From the NCBI GenBank assembly GCA_030390025.1, contig CM059425.1:155124001-155188000 (forward strand): 64,000 bases of DNA. Reading direction: 5' to 3'. Made by a program: the position numbers and the translations under genes. Positions 1 through 13,736 of the stretch are shown here, in pieces (position 1 is the stretch's first letter; every line of letters starts with the position of its first letter). The stretch is from Squalus acanthias (taxonomy: Eukaryota). A model generated the notes under the pieces. The model made no database searches. It was not told the origin of the DNA and worked only from the letters and a program-made list of their open reading frames with translations.

Positions 1-3000
1 GGGCCCGCCCGCCATTTTTTTTTGATTCTGACAACTCGCACGCCTCCAATCCCGCCTCCTCGGGCCTGGCAAAATCGAGCCCTATCTGTCAGTGGTGAGA
101 GAGGTTGCTCCAAGGAGGTGACAGTGGATAGAGAGTTTACTCCAAATACTTCCAACCTGAATGAAGCTGAAAAGTGTCTTCCAAATCCTGAAGACTCCAG
201 CTTCTCAGATTGGAAAGTGAACAGCTGTGAAATGGTAGCTTTTATACCACTTTTGCAGTTGTCAACTATTCACAGCAATGGAGAGTCACTGACAGCCCAA
301 CCTATTTACCTGACGTGCTCCCCGAGCGCTGGGAAACTCATGAAAAAGCTGGTAAAATGGTAAGTACATGGTAAAAGGGTGTTTAAGTACCTTTTAACAA
401 GCTCTTAAGTATCTGAATTGGCTCACACTGCTTGGTGTCGGGTCTGTGAAGCGCAGACAGACCCGACATTTGGGAAACTGACATGGAGGCAGGTTGACAG
501 CAGGATCCCTACCCTCTATCAATCTTCTCGATTTTGACAGCAGACCCGCCTCCGAACCTGTCCTCTGAGCGGCGGCGGCAAAATTGCAGCCATTGCCTCT
601 GTTTCTCTCTCCCCACAGATGACCCGCTGAATATTTCCAGCATTGGAATTGAGAATTGTTGTTCAGCACCAGCATCAAATTTCACATTAAGTAAAACAAA
701 AATAATAATAAATATATATGCTTAATTGTATAACTAATTTTTATACAGAGAAAATACTCATTGCGTTACAGGGGGTCCCCAAATTTTTTTATAACATGGG
801 AGGGGGGCCTCGGAAGTAAGAGGCCCGAGGATCGATAGAAATCGGTCCTCAGGCCACATCTGCATCCTCGGGGCGAGCTGCCTACACTGGTCTCCTGTCT
901 CCATGGGAAGGTGTTTTTGATCTTTTTCCCAAAACTTACCTCTGGTTAACAGCTGCAGGGATTGCATTGTGTGGTGGTTGTGTTGGGCACCAGGTGAAGG
1001 GTGGTGATAATGGGCAGGATTTTTAAAAAGTTTTTTGTAAAGCATTTTCAGTTGCAGTAATATAGTTTTTGTGAAGAGCTGTGACCTGTTAGAGATTAAA
1101 TAAAGCCACTGATGAGTATTATAAACGAACTGTCAATCTATATTGGTTTATGTTTGAAAAATATGGTAACTCATGATTTCTTACCAAATCTCATGATTTT
1201 TAAGAGTTTGTCTCATGATTTATGAGACGGTGGGGTTGGCATTACTACGGGAGTCGAAAATGAAAGGGGGGGATGTGAGAGAGACTGCTGCTAGGAACCC
1301 ATGGAAATAACCCCCAACAAGGTAAGTGAGGAAGGGAGGGGGGAAAATCTGTAAATTCCGTTATCAGGGGAGAGGGTGAAGCCCGGGGCAGGGGAGGCCC
1401 AAGGTATTTTTTAGGGCCAGGAGGAGTACTCCTGCTGCTCCTGACCCACAAGGAACCTTTAAAAAGTAAAATAAAAGGAACTTACCTGGGCCTGTGTGCA
1501 GAATATTGCCTGCTGCCAACCTTTTCTGGTGGGTTTGAGCGTGTGCGAGCTGTAGTTTGGCCCGGTTAAAATGGCATGTGTCTCCCAATGATATAATCGT
1601 GACGCGACTTCAGACACCCCACTCCTCTGGTGCGGGTGGCCTTCCCGTGCCTGAATTCAGGCAAGTTCAGGTGGGGGCGCAATAATGTGGCATGAAACCC
1701 ACTGCCATCTAACCCCTCCGCACGCACTGATCCTGCAGGGTTGTGGGGAGGAGTGGAGGTTAACATCAAGCCATAAGTCTCTGTCCTGATCACAAATTCA
1801 ATTAACTGAGTTTCCATTAAAGTGTCATTTTCACTTAAATTCAAGACTGTTGGAAATTATTGCCAGTCGAATTGAGTTTATTTCAGTATATTAGAACACA
1901 TTTATGCCAATGTATAATCTCACAAATCATATAATTGTAAGTTTTAGAATAATTGAGCGAGACTCCCCACCGGCTATGATTCAGCAGGATCCCACTGTGA
2001 GAGAAATAAAAGCTATCAGAATCAAAATATGACAATGCTGCAAAGAAAATGACAAAACAAATTAATAATATTTTCTAAACTGGCAATTTTGGAAAATAAG
2101 CCCCCCGTTAAGATGTGTATGGGTAAATGTAAGATGTTTGGATCGCAGCTTTTTAACAGAGCTATGATTGGAAGTCTTCTTTTAGTAGAAAATGAGTGAA
2201 TGGCTATTTTTCACCATAATTAATAATCAACAAATGAAATCATGTTCTCACAAGTCACAGATTTTTAAAAAACACAGGTTTCTACAATTTCTTAAGAAGG
2301 CCGCTAAATACAGAGAACACCATTTTTTCTATGATTTATCATTAAAAGCAAAATCTCATCCAAGGTGCCATAAGTGCAGTTCAATTAAGGATTTTTTTGA
2401 CTGAATGATTCATTTTCTCATCAAATATATAAATCTTACTTTTAATCTAATTATAGGCTGGTGTGATTTTATTTCTGAGATAACCTAACAATACCTGTCT
2501 AGCCAATGTGAGATACACAACTCAAAAATATGAGATGAAAGTTCAAAGACACTATTTTTGTTTCTCTTTTGACTCTGCCTACCATTTCAAGTATCACCGT
2601 GACCCTCATTTATTACATTTTATGGTAAATGACAACCAGAAGCAAATAATATTATTAAGTATTTCTGAAGGACGGCCAGGCCTCACCTCGGCCCACTTAC
2701 AGCAGTGACACTAATGTCAGCTGCTCCCACCATGTGATTCCAGCTGAGCTGATCCAACAGACCAGCAGAAGTCTGTGCCTCGGCTATTCTCAATCTAAGT
2801 TAACTTGAATTCACATGAGGAGAGCCTAGATACAGTTTTCTATTAGTCTCCAGGATCAACTTATGACAGGGATTTAAAAAAATGTGAGAAACATAGAAAT
2901 CCTCTATGCTCTCATTTCAAAACATTAATGAGAAAAGCTCGCTATGTTGAGGAGAGCATTCCCATTATGGCAAAGGAAACGAACCAGGAAGCCCGTGTGT

Positions 3001-3224
3001 CATTTTTATGATGGTGGAGGCCACAGTATTGTGTATTGTCTGCAGACAAGCAGCCTTGATGAGCTAAATGGCCTTTCCTTGCTTCATGCTTTGCTGTGTT
3101 CTTATTAAACAAAGGCAGAATTTAAATATCTTGGAATCAATATTACAGTAACTGTTCTGTGAACAGGTTATATGAGGTCAACTCACTTCAGCCCTAGATT
3201 TGCATACTATATTCAACATGCAGT

Positions 3225-3636
3225 GTCAGCTTGGCCTAGTTGCACTCCAGGGACTTGAGCACATAAATCTAGGCTAACACTCCAGTGCAGTGCTGAGGGA
3301 GTGCTGCACTGTTGGAGTGTGCCGTCTTTCGGATGAGATGTTCAACCGAGGCCCCATCTGCTCTTTCAGCTGGACGTAAAAGATCCCATGGCACTATTTC
3401 GAAGAGGAGCAGGGGAGTTATCCCCGGTGTCCTGGCCAATATTTATCCCTCAATCAACAGAACAAAAACAGATTATCTGGTCATTGTGGGAGCTTGCTGT
3501 TGTGCGCAAATTGGCTGCCGTGTTTCCCACATTACAACAGTGACTACACTCCAAAAGTACTCATTGGCTGTAAAGCGCTTTGAGACGTCCGGTGGTCGGG
3601 AAAGGCGCTATATAAATGCAAGTCTTTCTTTCTTTC
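3225..3636 (+). mobile_element. Deu-domain SINE (SacSINE1-like) with L2-type tail
   Basis: Core gtctttcggatgagatgtt...gacgtaaaagatcccatggcactatttcgaagaggagcagggg; tail gcgctatataaatgcaagtctttctttcttt; close copies at 24331 and 45716. An older decayed copy follows (about 3637-3890). Confidence 0.85.
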
Positions 3637-3929
3637 ATATTGTTAAAGCTGCTATCCTTTGGATGAGATGTTAACCCAAGGCCTGGTTAGTGGATGTTAA
3701 AGATACTGAGATATAATTAGAGTATGAGGAGGCAATATTCCAAATATAATTATGTGGCTATTTATTGCATTGTTATTCCTGGGACTTTGCCGTGTACAAA
3801 ATAGCTATTATACCGGCTACCTCACAAAATTCATTGTCTGTGACGCACTTTGAAATTGATAGCGTGCTCCATAGATACAAATCTTTCATTTTTTTCTTGA
3901 CGTATAGGGACAAAAAGAAAATTGGGAAA

Positions 3930-4042
3930 TGTTGAAAATTCAAAATAAAACCAGAAAATGCTGGTAATGCACAGCAGTTGTGTTATCATCCACAAAAGGA
4001 GTGGCAGCTTAATGTTCAGATGGGATCTTTCATCAGGACTGA
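3930..4042 (-). mobile_element. Decayed Penelope-like terminal repeat fragment with degenerate hammerhead
   Basis: Similar to 30870-31000; minus strand reads ctgatga-aagat-ccc-atct-gaacatt. Confidence 0.55.
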
Positions 4043-5204
4043 AGTTTTGTGTTTAGGAATCAGTGCTGTTGATGTGGAACAAAGCTCTGAGTAGAATAAA
4101 GAACAATAAACTGCTATCTAAACTTAAACTGGTGCAAGATGGCCAGCAGAAATAGCTCCTACTTCCACTTTGATCTAGAAATATCGCTACAATGTTCTGC
4201 ATGATCTGAGTTAGATTGTAGTCCAGTTAATGAATCTGGTTTGATCAGAATGAATATATCTTGGGAGTAGAGCTTTGACTCTCAAAGGCAGAATCATGGC
4301 TTTGAATCTTAAAATATTAAGTAAGCAGAGGGATTGGGAGCAGGAGGCACAGCTTATCAGGCATTTGCTTATTTTCAAAAATAAATAAATGCATGAAAGA
4401 AAACATCACCACAGGCTGAAGTGTGATTATGTATGCATGCCAGCTTAGAAGCAACATCAATACAAGTTTTGTTTAATAAAACTTGATAGGAAATCCATCT
4501 GTCCCCAGTGGTTTCCCTGTCTGCAATCTTTTTGCAGATGTAGTTGCCTTATTCTAATGAAACTGGGATTGCTAACATTTGTTTCCTGATTTGGCAAATT
4601 GCCACATCACCTTTGGAGTGAGAGGGACCAGCAAAATGTAACTCTTTTTAACAGACAAAACCTAAATAAAGTGTTTTTTCTTATACAGAACAAAGCGTTT
4701 AGAGGGCTAAATGGATGGTGTGCTGTCTTATTATTTCTGGAATTGATATGCAGAAAGGTGGCCTGATTCATAATTTTTGTGTTTTTTAAAAAACAAAATG
4801 GACTACCACCTGGCTTTACATCAAAGGATTGAATTTCCCCCTTGTACTTATGAACTCCCTGAGCTTTGCATCAGTGGTCAGTAATTTGTGCTTCCTTTTG
4901 AAAATAATTTTGCCCTCAAGTTCTGTTTGTTTATGAAGTATTGCTACCCCCACACCCCCGTGCCCTTAGAGGCTTAAGCGATAATCAGACTCTGCAGGGC
5001 TGTTGTGTTACTCTGTTGAAGCAGGATGGGAGAAGGAACAGTGATGGTCATGAAAGAATTATTTCTATTGCAATTACAGGAAGGGCCATTAAAACCTTAC
5101 ACCCCACAACATGAAATCATTATGTGACAACAAATTTGCTGTTGGCTAGATTATCCACTAGTTTTCTTATTTTAATGACTGGTTCAATGGATAACATGAT
5201 CTTC

Positions 5205-6930
5205 TTTTATTCTTGGGATATGTGCATCGTTGGCAAGGCTGGCATTTGATTGCCCGTCCTGAGAAGGCACTGGGTCTTCTTCTTAAACCACTGCAGTCCA
5301 TGTGGTGAAGGTGCTCCCATGGTACTGTTAGGTAGGGGGTTCCAGGATTTTAACGCAGCGATGTTGAAGGAACGGCGATATATGTCCAAGCCAGGGTGGT
5401 GTGTGACTTGGAGGTGATGGTGTTCTCATGCATCTGCTACATTTATCTTTCTAGACGATGGAGGTCACAGGTTTGGGAGGAGCTGTCGAAGGAGCCTCGA
5501 TGACTTGCTGCAGTGCATCCTGTAGATGGTATACACTGCAGCCACAGTACGCCGGTGGTGGGGGGAGTGGATGGTTAAGCTGGTGGATGGGGTGCCGATC
5601 AAGTGGACTGATTTGTCCTAGATTGTGTTGAGCTTCTTGACTGTTGCACCCATCTAGGCAAGTGAAGAGTATTCCATCATATTCCTGACTTGCGCCTTGT
5701 AGGTGGTGGAGAGGCTTTGGGCAGTCAAGAAGTGAGCCACTTGCCGTAGGATACCCAGTTTCTGACCTGTTCCAGTAGCTACGGCGTTTAGGTGGCTGGT
5801 CCAGTTGAGTTTCTGGTTAAGGGTGACACCTAGGATGTTGATGGTGGGGGATTCAGCGATGCTAATGCCATTGAATGACAAGGGAAGGTGGTTAGACTCC
5901 CTCTTGTTGGACATAGTCATTGCCTGGCACTTGTGTAACATCAATGTTACTTGACACTTATCAGCCCAAGCCTGGATGTCCAGGTTTTGCTGCATGTGAG
6001 TATGAACTATTTCATTATCTGAGGAGTTGCGAATGGAACTGAACACTGTGCAGTCATCAGCGAACATTCCCATTCTGACCTTAATGTGGAGTGAAGGTCA
6101 TTGATGAAGCAGCTGAAGGTAGTTGGGCCTAGGATATTGTCCTAAGTAACTCCTGCAACCATGTCCTGGGACCAAGATGATTGGCCTCCAACAACCACAA
6201 TTATCTTCCTTATGTGCCAGACACGATTCCAACCACTGAAGAATTTTCCCCGATCCCCATTGACTTCAGTTTTACTGGGACTTCTTGGTGCCATACTTAG
6301 TCGAATGCTGCCTTAATGTCAAGGGCAGTCACTCTCAGCTCACCTCTGGAAATCAGCTCCTGTGTCCATGTTTGGACCAAGGCTGTAATGAGGTCTGGAG
6401 CTGAGTGGTCCTGGCAGAACCCAAACTGGGCATCAGTGAGCAGGTTATTGGTGAGTAAGTGCTGCTTGATAGCATTGTTGACGACTCCTTCCATCACTTT
6501 CTGATGATTGAGAGTAGGCCGATAGGGCAGTAATTGGCCAGGTTGGATTTGTCCAACTTTTTGTGGACAGGACATACCTGGGCAATTTTCCACAGGTACA
6601 CGCTAGTGTTGTACTGGAACAGCTTGGCTAGAGGCATGGCTAGTTCTGAAGCACAGGTCTTCCGTACTACAGCCAGGATGTTGTCGGGCCCCATAACCTT
6701 TGCTGTATCCAGTGCACTGAGCTAATTTAGAATTGAATTGGCTGAAGACTGGAATCTGTGATGGTGGGGGCCTCAGGAAAAGGTCGAGAAGGAGCATCTA
6801 CTCAGCACTTCAGACTGAGTTGGTTCCGATGCTTCAGCCTTGTCTTTTGCGCTCACATGCTGGGCTCCACCATCATTGAGGATGGGATGTTCCTGGAGCC
6901 TCCTCCTGCCGTTAGTTGCTTAATTGTCTA
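5205..6930 (-). mobile_element. CR1-group LINE (family B), 5'-truncated, fragmented RT
   Basis: ORF pieces NYCPIGLLS, QFGFCQDHS, LDIKAAFD, MFADDCTVF; same family as 13737-16646 and 62650-64000. Confidence 0.9.
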
Positions 6931-7981
6931 AACTGACCAAATTGATCAAAGCAGAAGATAATTTAATTACTACTGAATCATCAAGGTCCAGGAAATTTAT
7001 CAAGATTTGTTGACAAATTCTGAAACTAGTTAATAGACTAATCACTCAGATTTGTCAACTGAAAATAACTGCTTAGGTTTCCATGGTATCATCAAGTCAT
7101 GGAAACCTGTTGTTATCTTAATCAGCATGTTCAGTTTGTGGCAGCCATTAATCATTGAGTTTCACAAATGCAAATTCAAAAACTGGTTGTTATTTCTAGA
7201 TTTGTTGACAACTGTGTAGAAAACCCTGATGCTGCAAAGCAAGTTGGCAAAATATCAACTACACATGAACAAGATGGAATGATTTGAGACATGTTGATTA
7301 ATACATTTAAGCCAGTCAACAAAACAAAACTTCATTAAGCAGTGCAACTGAGATGCCAGTTCTGTGAATATTTGTAATATTCTGCTTTTGTATAGTTTTA
7401 AAAAAAAAATATTTGTAACATTGTATTTATATAAATTTCAAACTAAGATTACACTGACTAAAATAAATCAGTTTATTTCTGAAACCCTCCTGAGGGTTTC
7501 TAGACATGTTGCTGTTAGGTCATTCAATGCGCATTGGAATATGTTGAATCCTCTGAAAGGAGACCTTGTGATAATTTGTATTTGTGCTGAGCCTCACCTC
7601 AGATTTGATGAATATTGAGAAGTTGGTGGCGTTTCCTGCAGACTCATTGAGGTTGATTCATTTTTCTTCTGCATCACTTTACAATAGTTATTTTCTTTAC
7701 TTGATTCCCTTACTCAGCAGAGCTGCCAGAAGCCAAGATATTCTATATTTTGTTTTCAATTAATTAACTGTTTGAGGGTCAAAGGACTTTCTAATTTCTA
7801 TCAAATGCACACCCATCATTTGGCGATCAAAACAGAATATAATGGATCACAACACCAATATAACGTAAGACATATGTGACCTTAGCAGCGGTGCAAATTC
7901 AACCTTTACAAAGTTTACACCCTGCCTCAAATTTCATGTTCAATTCCAACATTTTGTTTCACAGCATCTTATGAATATTTA

Positions 7982-8677
7982 GGGCTGGATTTTCATTGAC
8001 CCGTGGAGGCGGGTTTGGAGGCGTGTGGGGGGTTAAAATTGCGAAAACTGGCTGGCGGGCACAAGCCCGCATCCATCCCGCCTCCACGCAATTTTCATTA
8101 AATCGTGTCTGCTGGTCCCGACTCCGTCCCGCCTCTAAGAGGCGGGATAGGCTGTTAAGGCCCTTAACAAGCACTAAATTGCCTCTATAATGCCATTTTG
8201 AAAGGCCTTTGTGATTTTAACCCTTTTTCTACGTGAAGCACGCCTGTTCTGAACCACGAATGTGAAACCTGGCGGGAGCACATTTGGATAGCTGACTATC
8301 AGTGGCTGGCTGGCTGGGAGTGGTGGTGAATGGGAGACATATCTGGGAGTGTTGGTGCAAGGGAGACATATCTGGAAGTGGTGGTGCAAAAATATCTGGG
8401 AGCAGACTTAGGGCTGCTGCTCATTTTGCATCCAGGTCCTCTCACAGCGAAGGCCAGGCAGTCTTTGCAGACCTTCAATGCAGCAGCAATGATGACATCA
8501 TCAGAGGCGACTTTCAGACTGAAAACACTAATTGGGTCATGGGTTCCCACATGCTGGAACTCAATTGCCCAATTAGGTGAAAATCGCATCAATCTCCCAC
8601 ATCCAATTGCAGTCGGGTGGATAACACGAAAAGTGGATGACACGACCCCAACCCGCCCCAGTATCAAAATCCAGCCC
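7982..8677. mobile_element. PIF/Harbinger-type MITE
   Basis: TIRs gggctggatttt / aaaatccagccc; tta on both flanks (7979-7981, 8678-8680), the TWA-type TSD; no coding capacity. Confidence 0.85.
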
Positions 8678-9312
8678 TTAGAGTCCAGGATCTGACCTCA
8701 GTTTTCCTAGGGCTCTTTGGTGCCATACTCAATCAGATGCTGCCTTGATGTCATGGGCAGCTGTCTTCTGACATTCAGCTTCTTATCTTCATGTCTGGAT
8801 CAAGACTATGATGAGATCTGGAGTGAAATGATTTTAGCAGAACCCAAACTGAGCATTGGTGAGCAGGTTATGGGTGAGTAAGAACTGTTTGATGGCACTA
8901 TTAATAACTCCTTCCATCACTGTGTTGATGAATGCAAGGAGGCCAACAACATGGTACAGGAAACTCTCGTTTAAACGGCACCTAAATATCCGGAATTCTC
9001 TATTAACCAGCAAAAATCTTACACCGAAAACTCCTCTCAAATAACCGGCAATGTTGCCGAGTCCGAGTCTCCCGCGAACGCCGAGTTAGTCAGTGGGGGT
9101 AGTTCTCCAAAGTGCCACTACTCGGCTTCCTGGCGCTGTCGGAAGTCCGAACACTGCAATAACAGGAGTCTGATTCTCCCGCGCTGCCGGGAGTCTCTTC
9201 TGATCGTCCATTTTACTGTGTGCCTCCCACGCTGCTGGTAGTCTCTTCCTAGCCACCATTGTTCTGTGTGTCTCTCCATCTTTATCGGGAATTATCTCCC
9301 CCATCTTGCATT

Positions 9313-11512
9313 ATGGAATTCCCAAAAGCTGGTCCAAGCAAAAGGAAGAGAGTGGTCTTAACTTTGAAACAGAAAATCGAGATATGCCAACGACTAGAAA
9401 GGGGAGAGAAGCGTATCAACATTATGAATGAATTCAAAATCGGTTCGTCAACAATCTACGACATCAAATCGCAGAAGGATAAGCTGCTCAAGTTTTATTC
9501 AAGCTCGGAGACATCTAAGAGTGTAGAGAAACGGCATACACTTCGTAAGCCTAAGCTTGAAGAGCTGGATACCGTGCTTTATGAATGGTTTTCTCTTAAG
9601 CGTTCAGAGGGTGTTCCAATTTCCGGACCCATGCTAATCGAGAAAGCGGAGGATTTCTACGAAAGGATGGAGCTCACTGACAAGTGTGCTTTCTCCGAGG
9701 GATGGCTAACGTGCTTCAAGTTACGGCACGGGATACGACGACTCGATATTTCCGGGGAGAAGAAATCAGCTGATCACGACGCCGCAGAAGAATACTGCGA
9801 TTACTTCAATCGGATTGTGCAGCAACATGATTTGTCGCCAGCACAGATATATAATGCCGATGAAACTGGCTTGTTTTGGAGGTTTTTGCCAGAATCAACG
9901 CTTGCTGGGGCTAGTGAGGCTAATGCTTCAGGTTACAAGAAAAATAAACATCGTGTAACCGTGCTAACATGTGCGAACGCTGCTGGATCACACCGGGTTA
10001 AACTTCTTGTTATTGGGAAGTATAAAAATCCCCGTGCATTTAAAAATGTGAGGCACTTGCCTGTTGAGTACAAAGCTCAAAAAAATGCTTGGATGGATAA
10101 GGAAATAGAAACATAGAAACATAGAATCTAGGAGCAGGAGTAGGCCATTCGGCCCGTCGAGCCTGCTCCACCATTCAATACGATCATGGCTGATCATCCA
10201 AATCCAGTACCCTGTCCCTGCTTTAATCCCCGCAGTACACATATCCCACTACCCCCGTAACCCCACGTATTTAATTCCCCCTAACATATCCCATCCTATC
10301 CCCATAACCCTACATATTTAATCCCCCCTAACACTAAGGGTCAATTTATCATAGCCAAATCAACCTAACCCGCACATTTTTGGACTGTGGGAGGAAACCG
10401 GAGCACCCGGAGGAAACCCACGCAGACACGGGGAGAATGTGCAAACTCCACACAGACAGTCACCCGAGGTCAGATTCGAACCCGGGTCTCTGGCGCTGTG
10501 AGGCACCAGTGCTAACCACTATGCCACCGTGTTGCCCATCTTCTCCGATTGGTTCCATCATATTTTTGTTCCATCTGTGAGGGAACATTTCCGTAAAATA
10601 GGGAAACCTGAAGATAGCAAATGCATTTTATTGCTTGATAATTGTAGAGCCCATCCGCATGAATCCGAGTTGGTTTCGGGAAATATTTTCACCATTTATT
10701 TGCCACCAAATGTAACTTCTCTCATCCAACCCATGGACCAGGGCGTTATCCAAAATCTGAAGTGTCATTACACGAAAGACTTTCTACGTAAACTGATAAG
10801 CCAAGATGACAATATTCACGCATTTCAGAAGGAATACAATATTAAAGATGCCATCTATAATGTTGCATGTTCCTGGAACTTTGTGAAAGGTCACACTCTG
10901 AGGCAAGCCTGGCACAAATTGTGGCCTTCTGTAATGTTTGCTGAAGGTTCTTCTTCAGAGGAGGAATTTCATGGGTTCAATGTTCGTCCCAAGAAGAGTA
11001 CAATAATGGAAATGGCTGGCATGGTGAAAAATGCAGGCTCAGCAAACCCTCTACGTCACCTCAGTGAAAGTGATATCGAGCAGTGGGTTGATGCAGATAG
11101 AGAAGTTGGTGTTGTGCATATGCTAAGTGATGATGAAATAATTGAGAATGTTTTGAATCCAAAGAAAGAAAAGGAAAGTGAGATGGAAAGTGAAGAAGAT
11201 GATATTTCTGAAGAGAACAAGATTTCTTGGGCTAAAGCTGCAGAAGGATTTTCTTCAATCCTCAAATTTGCTGAAAGGCAGACTTGCTACTCTGCCCAAG
11301 AAGTTATGCAACTCCATATTCTGCATTCCACGTTTCTACAGAAAAGGCAAGAGTCCACTAAGCAAACCAACATCCGCAACATGTTTAAGAAAGCTTCCAA
11401 AAGAGTCAAAGCAGCGGAAGTGCCTGAAGAATCTGTGGAATCTGTGGAAATGCATGATCCTGCTGACCCAGCTGGCACGGATATTCCTGATGAACCAGCT
11501 GACTCAGAATAA
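9313..11512 (+). pseudogene. Tigger/pogo transposase (CENP-B-type HTH + DD32D), interrupted by a SINE
   Basis: [65 protein letters not shown]. Joining 9313-10104 to 10538-11512 gives a stop-free 588-aa frame (..WMDKE|IFSDWF..). Confidence 0.93.
10107..10537 (-). mobile_element. tRNA-derived V-SINE (HE1-like) with CR1-type tail
   Basis: Minus strand: tRNA-like head ggtggcatagtggttagc...ggttcgaatc, V-domain gtgtggagtttgcacattctccccgtgtctgcgtgggtttcc, (tttctatg)n tail; near-identical to 56210-56648. Confidence 0.93.
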
Positions 11513-11981
11513 GTGTACAGTCAACTACAGTACTGTATACAGTCGTTTATAAGTTTTGTTTTACTGTTAAGTAATTAAAGAGTTATGGATTACCCTCAAC
11601 TGGCAGTACTGTACTTAATCAAGCATTTTCCACCATCCATTTAACACAACATTCTATAAGTGAGTACCCAAATACTGTATACTGCACATTTCTTGATTTT
11701 TTTTATTTTTGTTTGTTAAAAATAGCCTCGGTAGATATAACTCTCCGTTATCCCGAATTTTTGTTCAACCGGCACCACCCCGGTCCCGTCGGTGCCGGAT
11801 ACCAAAGAGTTTCCTGTAATTGGCCAGGATAGATTCATCCTTTTTTGTGTATAGGACAAGCCACATTATTGGGTAGATGCCAGTGTCATAGCTGCATTGC
11901 AATAGCTGGGGCTAGACTGCTAGTTCTACTGTTCAAGTCTTCAGCACTACAGCCAGGATGCTGTTAGCATCTGTAGCCTTC

Positions 11982-12605
11982 ATAAGAACATAAGAACATA
12001 AGAAATAGGAGCAGGAGTAGGCCATACGGCCCCTCGAGCCTGCTCTGCCATTCAATAAGACCATGGCTGATCATTGACCTCAACTCCACTTTCCCGCCCG
12101 ATCTCCATATCCCTTGATTCCCCTGGAGTCCAAAAATCTCTCTATCTCAGCCTTGAATATACTCAACGACTCAGCATCCACAGCTCTTTGGGGTAGAGAA
12201 TTCCAAAGATTCACAACCCTCTGAGAGAAGAAATTCCTCTTCATCTCAGTCTTAAATGGCTTACCTCTTATCCTGAGACTATGCCCCCTAGTTCTAGACA
12301 CTCCAACCAGGGGAAACAACTTCTCAGAATCTACACTGTCAATCCCCTTCAGAACCTTGCATGTTTCAATGAGATCACCTCTCACTCTTCTAAACTCCAG
12401 AGAGTATAGGCCCATTCTACACAATCTCTCATCATAGAACAGCCTCTCATCCCAGGAATCAATCTAGTGAACCTTTGTTGCACCGCCTCCAACGCAAGTA
12501 TATCCTTCCTTAGATAAGGAGACCAAAACTGTACGCAGTACTCCAGGTGGTCTCAGCAAGGCCCTGTACAATTGTAGCAAGACTTCCTTACTCATATACA
12601 CCAAC
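11982..12605 (-). mobile_element. CR1 LINE 3' end
   Basis: [16 protein letters not shown]...RTRGHS...FFSQRVVNLWNSLP; (cataagaa)n tail at 11981-12003. Confidence 0.92.
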
Positions 12606-13010
12606 TTAATCTTATACACAAAGGTAGAAGAGCTAGCATTATGTGGATGGTAAGGTTATAATAGCGGTTGGGTTTAATTGGATTAAATCACACTCCTGGA
12701 CACAAAGAAATACAAGACCCAGCATTGAGGATTAGGCTCATGTGAGAATGGAATGTTGATTGCTGGATGAGGCGTAACACGTGGGTTACACCAGGGGAGG
12801 GTGAAAGGAGAATAACCTTTCTGTAATTCATATCTAAAGAAGATAAGGAAGTGAACGATAACAGTGGTGGTTTATATGTGTGGTTTGCCTGGAGAACAAT
12901 AAACAGATCAATGAGCATGTGTTGTCTGTGGACCTTTACTGTGTCTAGTCCGAGGACAGCTCTTCCATCACAACTGGCGCTGTGGAATTTATTGGAACAT
13001 AAGCAATGTT

Positions 13011-13550
13011 GTTTCCAGTAGTGAGTCCCCTGGACTGGTGACAATGAACAGTGGGATTACCAGTAGTGAGTCCTCTGGACTGGTGTTAATGAACAGCTGT
13101 GTTACCAGTAGTGAGTCCCCATGGACTTATGTCTATGAACAGTGGTGTTTCCAGTAGTGAGTCCCCAGTCCCGGTGTCTAACAGTAGTGCTTCCAGTAGT
13201 GAGTCCCCAGTCCCGGTGTCTATGAACAGTGGTGTTTCCAGTAGTGAGTCCCCTGTCCCGGTGTCTATGAACAGTGGTGTTTCCAGTAGTGAGTCCCCTG
13301 TCCCGGTGTCTATTAACAGTGGTGTTTCCAGTAGTGAATCCCCTGTCCCGGTGTCTATGAACAGTGGTGCTTCCAGTAGTGAGTCCCCAGTCCCGGTGTC
13401 TATTAACAGTGGTGCTTCCAGTAGTGAGTCCCCAGTCCCGGTATCTATGAACAGTGGTGTTTCCAGTAGTGAGTCCCCTGTCCTGGTGTTTATGAACAGT
13501 GGTGTTTCCAGTAGTGAGTCCCCAGTCCCGGTGTCTGTGAACAGTGGTGC
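13011..13550. repeat. 45-bp minisatellite, about 12 copies
   Basis: Unit atgaacagtggtgtttccagtagtgagtccccagtcccggtgtct; the left three units are more diverged. Confidence 0.95.
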
Positions 13551-13736
13551 ATTCAGCTGCTTCTTCATGTTAAATGGAAGTAACTGAATTGGATAGACAC
13601 TGGCATCCATGATTTTGGGGATCTTAGGAAGAGGTCGAGTAGGAAAATCCACTCAAAACTTTTGACTGGAGATGGTGGCAACACTTCAGCCTTGCCTCTT
13701 GCATCAAGTGCTGGGCACCACCCTGATTAAGAATTT

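Larger units (their letters stand above)
8957..11816 (+). mobile_element. Full-length Tigger/pogo (Tc1-mariner superfamily) DNA transposon
   Basis: TA TSD at 8955-56 and 11817-18; 26-bp imperfect TIRs caggaaactctcgtttaaacggcacc / ggtgccggataccaaagagtttcctg; internal transposase. Confidence 0.95.

Noticed and set aside
13011-13652. CRISPR array or repetitive protein gene (ORFs 13086-13652, 13099-13587)
   Set aside because: Head-to-tail units with no unique spacers; frames stay open only because the unit is 45 bp and stop-free.
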